A stretch of 64,000 nt of DNA from contig OZ024742.1 of the NCBI GenBank assembly GCA_964016885.1, positions 132,184,001-132,248,000 of the forward strand, written 5' to 3'. The notes under the pieces are model-generated. The model saw only the letters and a list, made by a program, of their open reading frames with translations, ran no database searches and was not told the DNA's origin. Below, piece by piece: positions 12,199-25,740 of the stretch; positions within the stretch are counted from its first letter, which is position 1; every line of letters begins with the position of its first letter. Both the position numbers and the translations under genes were made by a program. The stretch comes from Eledone cirrhosa. Lineage: Eukaryota.

Positions 12199-15100
12199 GA
12201 TGCATACATGCACACACATTTATATATATGCATGGTCCCTTAACTCCTGGGGGAATCGAAGTGACGCTGAATTGATATACGGCATTACTAGGACATTTCA
12301 ATTTTAAAACTCGGCAGAGCCTATCTCCTTTCCGGGGGGTCTGAAAACAGCTGGTTTATTGCTGAGAGCTATAGAGAGTGAAGGGATGGAAGGGAGAAAC
12401 AAGATATAGAGGGAGAATCGGCACTATTACTAGACAGGCACATGTTCATCGACCTGGAATGGATGAAAGGCAAAGTTTACCTCGGCGGGATTTGAACTCA
12501 GGGAGTAAAATATGTAAGTGTATATATCTATATAAAAGTATTTATATAAGGTCTAGAGGGTGCATTGTATCATGAATCTGTCATTAGGGTGTTGTACATA
12601 CCTTTGAGAAAAATGATGATTTCATTACCGTTGTATGCGCTTCATATAATCAAGTAATTTACAGATTGTAGAGGGTCCCATTTATTGTGTCCACCCACGA
12701 AAGAGTAGGTGCCAATAAGATGCAGGAGGTAGTAGAAATATTAGATATGTCATCTTAGAGGGGTTTAAAGGATAGCTTATATGGGGAGAGGAGTAGTAAG
12801 AATCTGTCATACGGTGGAAATTGACATGGTGATTAGACGCACGGTAGCGGTGATCTCTTATAGTGCAGGTGATAGTGTAATCAATGCAAGCAGTTACTAA
12901 CGATCTATGATTTGTGAGTTAGGATTTGGAATCTGGTAGGGGAGATTCTAGGTACATAACTATGGGAAGAGTTATTTCGTAAAGAGTTGGACAGTATTGT
13001 GTTTATGCAAATAACAACTAAGATCTTATGGACGTGATGGGTTGCCCAGGATAATGGGGTTGTTCTGAGCCGAAAATAATTACTAGAATTAGTTAGATCA
13101 TATTTTTTCAGATGATAGGTGAATCTAACCGGTTCTTTAAGTTGGCAATCATCATGTTCCTATGGAGCATACCAGTTAATATCATTTTAGCCTCTTTAAG
13201 GTTTCTCTAGTCTAAGCTCTATTCTGTATCCCATGTACCATTGCAGTTCGCAGGCAAGCATCATGCAATCAACCCTATCAATGCCTCTCATTGATAAAGA
13301 GGCCCTTTCTTGTCAACAAAAGTACTAGCTCCCTAAACAATCCATTCTTGCTGTGGCATTCACATTTGTGAAGCGTTATTATTTATTGCTAATTAGTTCA
13401 CATCGGAAGCAAAATTTTTCAACAGATTCTGGGGAACCTCCCGGACAATTCAGATAATCTATTGTGGATGTGCATTATGCGCTCGCCTAACTTGTGCATC
13501 TGCCGGATACAAAATCTATCGTTTCATTAACAAGCCTGTGCTCACTCTGCATGATTTGTCCATCCATAGATTATATTGTGTTGATCTTATGGAATCTCTG
13601 CTAATCTTTTTTCGACATATCGAAAAATAACCTTCCCTGACGGTATCCACTTCGTTTCATCTTTCCTACATGTTTAGTCTTTGCAAACTTTACTTTTAGA
13701 CCGTCCGATTATAAATTACTGTTCCATATCTGGGAGTTTGCCTTTCAGTCTTCCATTGATTCATCTATGAAGACTAGACCACATGAATTCCCATCGAGTG
13801 TCAATCTTAACATTTTCTGTTATGGTAAGAAGCACAAAAATACACATAAATAGATCGAGGACTAAGTCCTGATGGACAACCACATGCACTTCAAATTCAT
13901 AATTTGCATCATTACTAACTCTCAGCTGTCTACAAGATATCAACACCATGGACAGAGACAATTTAATCAGTACTAGAGTTGATTGCAACAATTTTTTAAA
14001 AGTAATTTACGGCAAATAGTCATTGGACTACGGACGTCTTGTAACACTACGTTTAAGCGTTTAGCCAACCAAGTATTTCCCAGATGTACGGGACATTCAG
14101 AGACAAATTATAAATAGTGAAACTGATATACGTGTTGTATATTTGCCTGAATTTCACACATTTTCAAGCAACTAAATGTGTCTAAAAATGCATTGTTGGA
14201 CGCCCTGTAACAGCAGAATATACTTGCACAATGTACATCACTATAGGATTGAAGCTACAACCGCCTGGTAACGAAGATAACTTCTTGACTACATAGCTAT
14301 CCCTTGGACTAGGATACACAAAGGAAAGCAAAGTCAATTATGCGTCATTAATACATCGCCTCGCTGCCCATTGCACTGAATCTCTTCTCGCAAACAACTA
14401 ACGTTTAATAACAGTATAAGTTCAATATCAGAAGATACATGAACATTATATCCGCTTAGTTTCCTTTAGGTATCTAAAATTAAAACAACATCAATAACAT
14501 TTCAGTCTAAGACAGGAAACAATTCTCCTGAATGTGGTTGTATATATTGGCAGCAAACGGAAGTTGTATCTTTACCTTGTTCCTTATTGCACAAAGCCGG
14601 AGCGGTTTTGTGGAAATGACATTTTAGTGAGAGAGAAAGGGGTTAAGAGATGGAGTAAAACAGCAGGGAAAATGAGAGAGGATGGGTGAGTGGCAGATAT
14701 AGAGTGAGAGAGAGTGTAAAAGAGAAATGAATCTTCCAATTTTACATCACTTCTTTGTCCCTAGGCTAGCCCTGACCGAGATGGCCTCTGATCAAAGGTG
14801 CTTTATCTAATAATTCTATAATGTAAGGTAATTCTTTGACTACATTATATAATGTGCCATGTGCGATAGTAGAGTATGATACTATAGAGATGATGCTTTA
14901 CGAACTAGAGTGACACGTTAGAGTGATTCTTGAGGGCTCGTTTGTTTATCTGAGTCCATTATATGATATTATGATTATCCAAGGGATCATCACTATATTC
15001 TGTAAAGATGGAACATTTGATTATATGCGTTATATTTCTTGAGTAATACTATTATTAATCCTGAAATTAACCACGCCGGTGGAGTTTCAAAATAGAACGT

Positions 15101-15250
15101 TGAGCTGTGTGTGTGTGTGTTTGTAAGTGAGTGTATTTGTGTGTTTATGTGTGTGCGTAAAATGTATATAAATATTAGGATATCTATATATGTTTATATA
15201 TATGTGTATACACCCACACACACACCCACCCCCACACTCTCACACACACG

Positions 15251-15302
<52 letters not shown>

Positions 15303-15917
15303 TAACTAATTTGTGAACATCCTTGTATAATTCGCATTTATTGTTGACATACCATAGGAACTTACATATATTTCTTATTTTCTATTCATATCAAACAACA
15401 CTACATCTACATTCAAGAATCTAACTAGCCAATCACGGGTTGACCTGTTAAAAAAAAATATATAAAGCATCGAGAATCAAACATGTTTATCCCAACTAGT
15501 TCGTAAAAAAATAGATAGTAATATACATATTTTACACATTCAGCCTTTGCCTGTTTGACATTTCACTGTTTTATCGTCTTACCATAAGATATATTACTCT
15601 AATAATTATGGTAGCCACAACTTTGCTTTACGTGTGCTTGTAACATTTTTTGCAAAGGAAAAAAAAAATCATCTTCACCAGCAATAACATAAATCTTAAT
15701 ACTTATTTACACCCAACTCTCATTTGTTCATCTCTGAAATATTTAGATTTTCAATTATTTTTTCTTTTCGAGATTATGTCCATGGTTCTCCTTTTCCTCT
15801 CGTTTTGCATTTTAAGTGAAATCATCAAGAAAGGCAAAAAGAGAAAAAATGATAGAGGAGCATCATGTATATACATACATTCCTATGTGTTTAAATACAT
15901 ATGTTTAAATACAAACG

Positions 15918-16061
<144 letters not shown>

Positions 16062-16814
16062 TGTTAAAATCTCTAGCAGGTGGGCCTACATTTACAAGGA
16101 TTTATCAAAAGGTTGTGTTGATTTCTTTTATCCTGTGTGTGGTTTTATCCTAGATATACATGTATATATATGTGTTCGTGTGTGTATGTTTGTATATATA
16201 TATATATATATACATGTTTTTCAAATACGATAAATCACTCTAATTGAACGACACTTATACGAAATAAAAGAATGAAACTTGAATGACATAATAACAACAA
16301 ATAACACAAAGAGTTGCCAAAAAAACTCTACTGGAATAAATAGAGATTTTCAAGATAAGTAAACGTAGAATGAAGGAAGAAAAAATAGAGAAGTTTGGAG
16401 ATAAGCATCAGCTAGCAGCAGGAACTAATGGCTGATTTATTCTGTTGATTAAGCAATCTCCTTCAGCTGTTTATCAAAAAATACCAACACTATAAATTAT
16501 ATAAGGCATATATATTTGATCTTTTGAAGAGCATTTTTCACTCTCAGTTGTCTGATTTTACTTTCGTCAGCATCCGTATCAAAACAAACAATGTTTACAT
16601 GCAAACGTAGTGATGGAATTAATGAACGAGCTTCCTTGACTGGAAGGGTGACTTGTAATAATAAACCAAAAAAAAAAAATGCCATTTTCTTCTCAACATT
16701 GTTGTTTTCTAATGGCATTCCACTATTTCACTCTTTATATAATTTTATTTTATTTATTCATTTAAGTATTTACGTATTTACATTATTCTTTTTAGTCAAT
16801 AAAAGCAGTATTTT

Positions 16815-17030
16815 TGGCAGAAGTGATAAAAGCGTCGCACGAATTGCCTTGTGGTAATTAGTGGCCAACCCTTACGTTCGGATATTAAATATCGTTAATT
16901 TCAGCTTTACCATTCATTCTTCTATGTTCGATAAAATAAATATTATTTAGTCCTTGTAACTGATTTAATTGACTATACACTTTTGCAAATATTCGATCGA
17001 TGTGGTCTCACATCAGAAATCATTATTCCT
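16815..17030 (+). mobile_element. Old diverged Nin-domain SINE
   Basis: tggcagaagtgataaaagcgtcg...cattcttctatgttcgataaaataaa...gaaatcattatt. Confidence 0.55.
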
Positions 17031-17389
17031 TTATACACTAAAGACGGTGTAATGGTAGATTAGAAAAAAAGTGTCTGACAAAATTAGTTCTGATATTTGT
17101 GTCTTTGTATTAATGTGGTGAATGCGCAAGAAAAGGATTGAGATATTCTTTTCAAATTCATTCCACTTAGAGTTCAAATCCCACTGAGGGCATCCGTACT
17201 GGTTTTATATTTTTCGGGTCGGCATTTGAATAACCTGAGAGAATATGCTATGAAGATTATCCTATCTGATATTGAAAATCGGCTTTATTTTCTTTCCTGA
17301 TTTTCCAATAACACGAGACCAAATCCATCCAATACTTTTCATCTAATTCTCTTTTTTGATTTTTCTATAATAGTTTCTGATTTGGGGAA

Positions 17390-17550
17390 GGGGAAAGTTG
17401 ATTAAGTTGAACCCAGTGCATTACTTGTATATTATTTTACCGATCCATAAGGCTGAAAGGAAAAGATTACCTCGGTTGGATTTCAACTCAGGCCATAAAT
17501 CTATGCTGTGAAACATGATGTCCGATACTCTACCGATATTGCCAATTTCA
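17390..17550 (-). mobile_element. Old diverged Nin-domain SINE
   Basis: cccagtgcattact...tgaaagg.aaag..acctcgg..ggattt.aactcag...taccgata.tgccaat. Confidence 0.65.
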
Positions 17551-17674
17551 AATAAACATTCACTTCAAAGATTCTATGAATTCTGGTATCGTATCTTAGA
17601 TACACACTGACAGGAAACAATTATTACTGAAGTTGGTTAATTAGGTTTAAATCAATGCAAACAAACAGAAGACA

Positions 17675-17862
17675 AATAATTGTTTCCACTTTAGGCACAA
17701 GGCCAGCAATAACCCAGTGCATTACTGGTACTTTATTCTATCGACCTCGTAAGGATGAAAGGCAAAGTCAACCTCGGCAGGATTTGAACTCAGATCGTAA
17801 AGGGACGTAACTATGCTGGAAAGCATGGCGTCCAACCCTCTACCGATACTGCTAATCCACCG
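17675..17862 (-). mobile_element. Nin-domain SINE, subtype A
   Basis: Reverse complement of the 9324-9514 family. Confidence 0.9.
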
Positions 17863-18222
17863 AAGACAAATAATATTAGATAATGTGTATTCAACCATAA
17901 AATAAAAACTGTTCTATTCATTCGATCAACGAAACAACCTGTAAGTGTAGATTTAACGTAATTTTTATGTAAATTCAGTGTGACATAGTTTACATCTAGG
18001 CTGCCTTTCACAGACTGGAATAAAACGTTGGATGTATTGGTTGCGAAGCGAGTCACTTAGTCATTTCGCTGTAACGTGCCTTTCAAACATCACATTTTAC
18101 ATTTTGTTATATTTACATAAAAATATATTATAGAAAGCTTATATCGTATAATATATTTTGCAATAAATCATAATAAGAATTTTATTTAAATTTATTTAAA
18201 AATGTATTATGTATATTAACAT

Positions 18223-19397
18223 ATACAAGATTTATGAAACAACTGTATGTGATATCATTTTCATTACAAGAATATCGACAAAAACTAGGTTACAATTATA
18301 TATATCGCTCGCTCTGCTCGATCGATAATATCCAGATCATGGTGATTTAGAAATTTCTCGTTTTCTGAAAGTTGCAAGATCTTTTGTCCACAAGATTCGG
18401 TGTTAGAGAAAGAAGATGGAAGCATATTACCTGTATCAACATGTAAAAAACAATTCACACGCTCTGATTCTATCAGGACACTTAATTTATTCAGGAAGTT
18501 AAGCAAAACATTCATGACAATCCAGGAAAATCAGTGTGGTCAATTGCAAAAATATTGGGGTGTCACAAAAAAAACAATCAGAAATGTTGTGCATGAAGAC
18601 ATTAGATACAGATCTTACGTGATGAGGAGAAGTCGATTCATGTCAGAAAAAAAACAAAAGAAAATCATTTAATCAGATCCAAAAGACTTTTGAAAAAAAT
18701 TAATAGTCCATCAGAAGATGATGTGATTTGGTTTTCTCAGATGAGAAAAACTTTGCCAAGGACAAGAAAACTAACAGAAGAAATGACAGGTGGCTATGTT
18801 TAGACCATTCTGAGGTTCCAATAGTAATGCACACACAATTTTCTGCAAGTGTCATTGTTTGGGGTGTTGATAGCAATGAAGGAAATGTGATCCTTCTCAC
18901 ATTTTTCCACAAGGGCTTAGGGTGAATGCTGCTGCGTATATTGAGGCTCTGGATAAAGTTGTTGAGTATTGGATCAACAGTGTATGCAATGGAAGGACTT
19001 ATGTCTTTCAACAAGATTCTGCACCATCACACAATGCTCAAATGCCACAAGAATTGATGGCCATAAAATTGCATGATTACATCACCCCCAAACATTTGGC
19101 GTCCTAATTCTCCAGGTCTCAATCCACTGAACTACTATGTATGGAGCATTGTTGAGAAAAATGCCAATGAACACCCCCATAGCACCAAAGGTTCTGTGAA
19201 AACAGTAATAGTTTGAGTCTGGCCAATATGAACAAGGACCACTTAATCTGAGCTTGTAAACGATGTCAACCACGCGTAGAGGTAGTTATTGATGCTTATG
19301 GTGGTTTTATTGAATGTAATTATTAATATTATTTTTATAAGAATACAGTTTTTTTCTGTTATTTTATAAGCGTTTTTTTTCAAACCATAAATGTATC
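18223..19397 (+). mobile_element. Tc1/mariner-superfamily DD37D (maT-type) DNA transposon, frameshifted
   Basis: FSDEKNF...NRRNDRW...VIVWG...YVFQQDSAPSH...W.PNSP.LNPL(N)YYVWS; 37 residues between the second D and the third catalytic position (D>N here); boundaries approximate. Confidence 0.85.
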
Positions 19398-19481
19398 CTC
19401 AAATGCCGTTCGCACCTCTCTCTTTCTCTATTCCTCTCTCTCTCACTCTCTCTCTCTCCCTCTCCCTCTCCCTCTCTCTCG

Positions 19482-19513
<32 letters not shown>

Positions 19514-19719
19514 GAGTTTTTTTTATAAAATGAAAAATAACCGAGGTGTCCTACACGAGTGAAAGTATAAAGAAAAAAAAGATGAAATCGAAAATGCAAC
19601 TGGAGTCTTATTTTAAAAAAGTATATATATTTTCGAGCCACTTTTTTACATATAAAACAAGTAACATTCAAAGACCAACCAGATGTGAGAAAAAACAAAG
19701 ATCCTCCATCTCAACTCTA

Positions 19720-19755
19720 CTTTTGAAAAGCAGAAGAATTGCGAAACCGGTAAAG
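19720..19755 (+). ncRNA. Degenerate minimal hammerhead
   Basis: ctt-TTGAAAA-GCA gaagaat TGC-GAAACCGGTA-aag; palindrome ACCGGT; two core changes; lies between inverted arms ~19570-19630 and 19770-19830. Confidence 0.4.
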
Positions 19756-20047
19756 GAGCCAAATAAATATATATATTTTTTTAAAAATAAGACTCCAGTT
19801 GCATTTTCGATTTCATCTTTTTTTCTTTATATATATATAAATATAAATATATACACATATATATATATATATATGTACATATATATATAAATATAAATAT
19901 AAAAATAAAAATATAAAATATAAATATAAACACACACAAACACCCGGATGTAACACATGCGCAAACTAAGCATACAACACACACAACAACAAGATGGCGT
20001 AGGAGAGAACAAAGGAGAGGCCCAAACACAAAGAAAAGAATCCCTGA

Positions 20048-20088
20048 TCACTGAATAGGTCACAGCAATTGTGACGAAAGAACTTTGA
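20048..20088 (+). ncRNA. Hammerhead-like motif with one core substitution
   Basis: tca-CTGAATA-G-GTCAC agcaatt GTGAC-GAAAGAACTT-tga. Confidence 0.5.
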
Positions 20089-20108
20089 CAATATATGAAC
20101 AATCGTCT

Positions 20109-20325
20109 GGTTGTGGAACCAACCAACCAACCGGAAATTTATAAATTCCTAAATTTATGAATTTAATTTATAATAAATTGAAGTGAAAGCCACTGGTGCG
20201 TGTGTTTCTCATTGGAAACATGACCCTCCCAAAGTATAACAATAATGGTTTCAACACACACACACATATATATATATATATGGTCGAGCTTAAATCGGTT
20301 TAGGATTGAATGTCGGTGCTCCATG

Positions 20326-20375
<50 letters not shown>

Positions 20376-20515
20376 ATACTTTGGGAGGGTCATGTTGCCA
20401 ATAAGAAACACACGCACCAGTTGCTTTCACTTCCATTTATTATATATTTATAAATTTATAAATTTACAAATCTACAAACTTATAAATTTCTGGTTGGTTG
20501 GTTGGTTCCACAACC
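20109..20515. repeat. Inverted repeat, ~135-bp arms around a (TA)n-containing spacer
   Basis: ggttgtggaaccaacc...catgaccctcccaaagtataacaata vs reverse complement at 20370-20515. Confidence 0.8.
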
Positions 20516-20589
20516 CTCCCAAAGTATAACAATATCGGTTTCAACACACGATTTCAGATAAAGAATCTTGCTAAACAAATTCAGAAACG

Positions 20590-20658
<69 letters not shown>

Positions 20659-21735
20659 CTACTTTAAATATTGAGTATTAAATTGCATAATTGTTCTACT
20701 AGCAATTTACCTTGAAATTGCTCTTTATTAATAAATGTACACTGCATATATGCATATAAAGCACACACATGTCACATTAATTAACTACACCCAGCTGAAA
20801 ATAAGTCTCAGCTGTAGGTAGGGCAATTCCTGCGATGGCATCCTCTCCAGAGAAAAGTAATCATTCTCTTAGTCGCTTAACATGATATATGAGTGGTGAA
20901 TAAAGTGAGATTGAGTGAGTATACAAGGCGTGAGACTAGCGAGGTGGATAGTAGTAGTAGTAGAAAGGATTGAGCAGTAGGAAAGTGTATGTATGTTGAC
21001 CAGATGTTGGAGTACGTCTGTGCAAATTGTGCAAATTAATAGAGTAGTGTGTCTCTTCTTTTGAGCTTGTCTAGAACGTCACTATCTGAATAATAGTGGC
21101 CATTGTTGGAAATGACAGGAATAATATACATAGGAGGAAACTTGTGGATTCAAACGAAAAATAAAAAAATACAAAAATAAAACAGCGGCACACAAGAATA
21201 ACATTGATAGAGCGTGTATAGTAGAGATCAACGTGAGCAGACGCGGCATTTATGAGGTCATATCGGAAAGATTGGGGAAGGGTGAAACACGTAGGCGGAC
21301 AATTTTAATGTTCGGGTACCATACATTGTCGAAGACTTGACATTATTTTCCTTTAACAAATTCTTACGTCGGCGAGACACTACAGATAAATAAAGGAGAG
21401 TGTTGCTGGCCATTGGGGAGAATCAAACAGAGGTGGAGAGCAAAAGAAACAGAGTGAGGAGGAGAGAAAGTGCGAGTTGTTTATGGAGGAGAGAGTGAAA
21501 GAAAAGAAAGACAGTGAATGGGAGAGGGGAGAAAGTAGAGAGAGAGATTATAGGAGTTTATCATTTTTAATGGACACCTCTCTTAAGTTTCAGATAATGG
21601 AATGCAATTTTATTGTATGTTTGGTGGCAGGGCTATCAAAAGACACTGTCAGAATTCAATTGTCCAATCTGCTTCATTTTGGGGTTAGCCAGGATTGGTT
21701 GACTGACCTATCCAATGAAATATCTACATAGAATA

Positions 21736-22190
21736 TACGGGGGAGGACTGAAATATCCATAGTCTGACTATGAGAGTGTGGTGCTAGTTCTGTGAAATAT
21801 TGCATGCATTAAATTAACGCTTCTTATTAATAATTGGATGTTTTTCTTTCCAGGTAAACTAACATCATATTGTCAAAAGAACACTTCAATTATAACTTAT
21901 GATTTGCCTGCAGAAAAGGAATTTGGCCCCCAAAGACATTCATGCTGATATAGTTGCTACACAAGGGAATGACGCTCTAGTTTTATCGGTAGGGCAAAGG
22001 CGGCCAGGTGAATTTAAGTGGGGAACAGAGAGTCTTAAAGATGACCTAAGGAGGAAAGCAACTCCGATGGAAGAAGTCTGTGGACAACAAGAGGGACTAT
22101 GTTGAAAAATAAACCTCAATTGGTCGCATTTCATCGTAATTAATGCATTATATCTATATATATATTTATACCTCCTTCCTCTCCATAGCA
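21736..22190 (+). mobile_element. Internally deleted mariner element
   Basis: N-terminal HTH (LAPKDIHADIVATQGNDA...EFKWGTESLKDD) joined to C-terminus (RWKKSVDNKRDYVEK*); catalytic domain absent. Confidence 0.75.
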
Positions 22191-22199
22191 ATGAGGTGA

Positions 22200-22855
22200 T
22201 GAAGGAGAGAAAGAGGAGCGCGGAGAGCAATGAGACAGCAAGCTAAGGAGGTGATTAAAGATGATAAGGACGAGCATAGACAACAAGGAATTTAAGTTTC
22301 CTTTCTTGTTCAAAATATCCTTCCTTGCTCTTCGTAAGGAGAGTAAATAGAGCAATAAAAGAGTAAGGATAGTAAGGAGCAAGGAGAGTAAGGAGATCAA
22401 TGAGAACAAGAAGGAGAGCCAGGAAAGCGAGGAGAACAAGGAGAGTAAATAGAGCAAGGAGGGCAATAATAGAAAGAAGGAGAACAATGAGAGCAAGAAA
22501 AGCAATGAGAGAAAGCAGGAGAGCGAGGAGAGCAATGTGAGCAAGAAGGAATTCAAGGCGAGCAAAGAGAGCAAGGAATGCAAGAACGAAGCAAGGAGAG
22601 CAAGCAGAGCAAATTGAGCAAGAAGGAGTGAAAAAAGAGCAAGGAGAGTAAGGAGAGTAAGGAGCGTAAGGAGAGTAAGAAGAGTAACGACAGTAAGGAT
22701 AGCAAGGAGAAAAAAGAGAGCACGAAGGATAGGAAGGAGAGTAAGGAGAGCACGGAGAATAAGGAGAGTAAGGAGAGTAAGGAGAGCAAGGAAAGCTATG
22801 AGAGCAAAATGGAGGGGAAGGAGAGCAAAAAGAAGAAAAGGAGAGCAAAAAGGAG
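22200..22855 (+). repeat. Purine-rich degenerate 9-mer minisatellite (GGAGAGC/TAA)n
   Basis: Repeated ggagagtaa/ggagagcaa; explains the Leu-rich and SPY ORFs. Confidence 0.85.
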
Positions 22856-23077
22856 ACTTATTTCCCCTATTTACCTCTTCCTCCGCCTCTTTCCTCACGC
22901 TATTCATTCTACTCTCTTCTCTACTTATTAACAATCGGTAACTGGACAGTTTGTTAATATTTCATACATTCTGGAACCGCTTTGGGGTCTCTTATAAACA
23001 AACATTGTGTGTTCATCCCACGCTTCCAAGGAACGTTTGCAGACCCATCACCAGTCTTTACGGCGTTAGATGGCGTC

Positions 23078-23127
<50 letters not shown>

Positions 23128-23569
23128 AAGATTCCAGAGATAAGTGTATACAATTTTATAGTGGAAATGCAACGATTTATATATATATTCTAGATTCCCT
23201 ATCCTAGTCTCAGTCCGAATATCTTCCCTAGCTCTCGATAAAAACCAAGGTGTGCTTCTACACATATAACGGCAAAGGGATGTTTTTCTGCCTCTATGCG
23301 GTCATATTTTATTTTCTGTAGCGTTGTACCCACTAAGTTGTCCGTATTTGTTTTCTGACTCTAACTAGCTGCTGCTTGATTTCGATGTCACAGCCTCTCA
23401 CTGATCTTATCCCACCTATTTTGTATGTTCATCCACCTTAATTGAATGTCAGTTTGTGCGCCGTCCACACTTAGTATTCTGACCCTGATGTTCTTCATTC
23501 TGTCATAAATACATCTAACAGTAGCTTACTGTTAAAGTTAGTTAGTTAAAATCTGTTCTAAGCCGAAGG

Positions 23570-23810
23570 CTTTTGTGACTGGTGTTTATACATGGTTTCC
23601 GTAGCACAAGCGATAGAGAGCACGACAGACTGTCACAAGATTAACTCCCCAGATACTGCTGGCGCCAATTCCCAGGTGAATGTACTGGAGCAACGTGAAA
23701 TAAAGTGTTTTGGTCAAGAACATAACGCAGCAGCTTTTCCTGGAATCGAAGCGGAGGCATTACGATCCTACGTCAAGCGTCCCAACCATAAGGCCATACG
23801 GCGAAACTGG
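23570..23810 (-). mobile_element. Second tRNA-derived SINE family, diverged
   Basis: Minus strand: tggccttatggt (A box)...cttcgattcc (B box)...gttcttgaccaaaacactttatttcacgttgctccagt. Confidence 0.55.
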
Positions 23811-24034
23811 TATTGTCACATATGACTCTAAGTGATAGTTTCCTGACAGTTTACTTACAGAAAAACCGTGCTTTTAGAGTAATCGGGTGATTGGAAATGT
23901 TCGTCGTTAATAGAGGTAAGAATTACCCTGTTTGAAATTTGTCGTTTCTGTATTGTCCTATTTGTCTGATTATTGTCCTATTTTCTACTCGATTCATTAG
24001 ATGACACACACATATATGTATATATATATATATA

Positions 24035-25239
24035 TATTTAGCTCTAGACTTAGCTATTGACCAGTTAATTTTATTGTTCATTTTTTGTCGATCCTATTAA
24101 ATGATGAATAGCTCCTGTTTATTTTAACATGTCTATTGAGCACTCTTATTCGATATGTGATTTTCCACATTCACGAATATTTTTCGCGGATATAGAGGTT
24201 ATCTCCCTTGCTGGATTCCATGTGCGTTTTCAGCTAGGGTTGGCTTTTTTATTCGTTTGGACAAAGCTCGTTGATAAAGTATTTCCTGTCCGCCGCTCTC
24301 TAGAAGTCTTATATATTTTTATGTGGGCTGATAGTGGGCGGTTTAAGGATTTACAGAAACCCATGAAGCTAGATTTACCATCTTTCTAGTGGGTCCGGGT
24401 AAGCTTTTTACATTCATATGATTTATTGATTTATTGATATTTTATCTGAGTGACCCGAATCTTCCTGATCGTAATTTTTCGGTCGTATGGTTGATTTTAG
24501 ACATAATCTATGTGTGTTGGTATTTTAACGATAGTTATAGCTCTGATTTATCTGAATTATTGAGCCCTCTGCCACTCATGTCGAATTTTGTTTATCGTGA
24601 ACTCGTGCGCTGATTTTTCGATACTCGATTATTCTACTATATTTAGCTCTAGACTTAGCTATTGACCAGTTAATTTTATTGTTCATTTTTTGTCGATCCC
24701 ATTAAATGATGAATAACTCCTGTTTATTTTAACATGTCTATTGAGCACTCTTATTCGATATGTGATTTTCCACATTCACGAATATTTTTCGCGGATATAG
24801 AGGTTATCTCCCTTGCTGGATTCCATGTGCGTTTTCAGCTAGGGTTGGCTTTTTTATTCGTTTGGACAAAGCTCGTTGATAAAGTATTTCCTGTCCGCCG
24901 CTCTCTAGAAGTCTTATATATTTTTATGTGGGCTGATAGTGGGCGGTTTAAGGATTTACAGAAACCCAAGAAGCTAGATTTACCATCTTTCTAGTGGGTC
25001 CGGGTAAGCTTTTTACATTCATATGATTTATTGATTTATTGATATTTTATCTGAGTGACCCGAATCTTCCTGATCGTAATTTTTCGGTCGTATGGTTGAT
25101 TTTAGACATAATCTATGTGTGTTGGTATTTTAACGATAGTTATAGCTCTGATTTATCTGAATTATTGAGCCCTCTGCCACTCATGTCGAATTTTGTTTAT
25201 CGTGAACTCGTACGCCGATTTTTCGATACTCGATTATTC

Positions 25240-25243
<4 letters not shown>
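24035..25243. repeat. Near-identical 605-bp tandem duplication between (TA)n tracts
   Basis: Duplicate ORFs at 24129 and 24734 (offset 605); only a handful of substitutions. Confidence 0.92.
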
Positions 25244-25314
<71 letters not shown>

Positions 25315-25516
25315 TATGTATACGTACATACATATATGTATACAGACGTACCGTAGTATGCATATATATATACATACATGCACACATATATATATGTACC
25401 TATGGATTCACTGAACATTTATTATAATGCTCGGGGTGTTTGTAAACAACATCCCGAATTTAGCCGTACAGTGTCTAGCAACCATCGTTGCTCATTTGTT
25501 CTACACTGACAAAGGG

Positions 25517-25559
25517 ACGCTGCACTAGTTTCAAGCATATTAGCTATCGTCAGCAACGT
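25517..25559 (-). ncRNA. Minimal hammerhead with non-cleavable triplet (GUG)
   Basis: acgttg-CTGACGA-T-AGC taatat GCT-T-GAAACTAGTG-cagcgt; 6-bp stem I, palindrome ACTAGT. Confidence 0.55.
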
Positions 25560-25740
25560 ATACCTTTCTGCCAGATGGTTGAACGTCTGAAAGTATATAC
25601 TTTTCTAATGCATATTAACGGCTGAGCAGCCTAATTTGCATATCGAGTGAGTTAATCGGCCGGGGTACCGAAAACGATAAACGGAAAAAATGAAACGAAA
25701 TTTCATTTCTCACTCTTAGTAATTTCGTTTCATTTTTTCC

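Noticed and set aside
16525-16575. CTGACGA...GAAA on the minus strand
   Set aside because: Stem I and the base of stem II do not pair.
22140-22934. 264-aa Leu-rich 'membrane protein' ORF
   Set aside because: Antisense translation of a 9-mer purine minisatellite.
24090-24240. Hammerhead candidates inside the 605-bp tandem unit
   Set aside because: Both candidates (ATGATGA..GAGC on plus; CTGAAAA..GAAA on minus) have core changes and no stem I.
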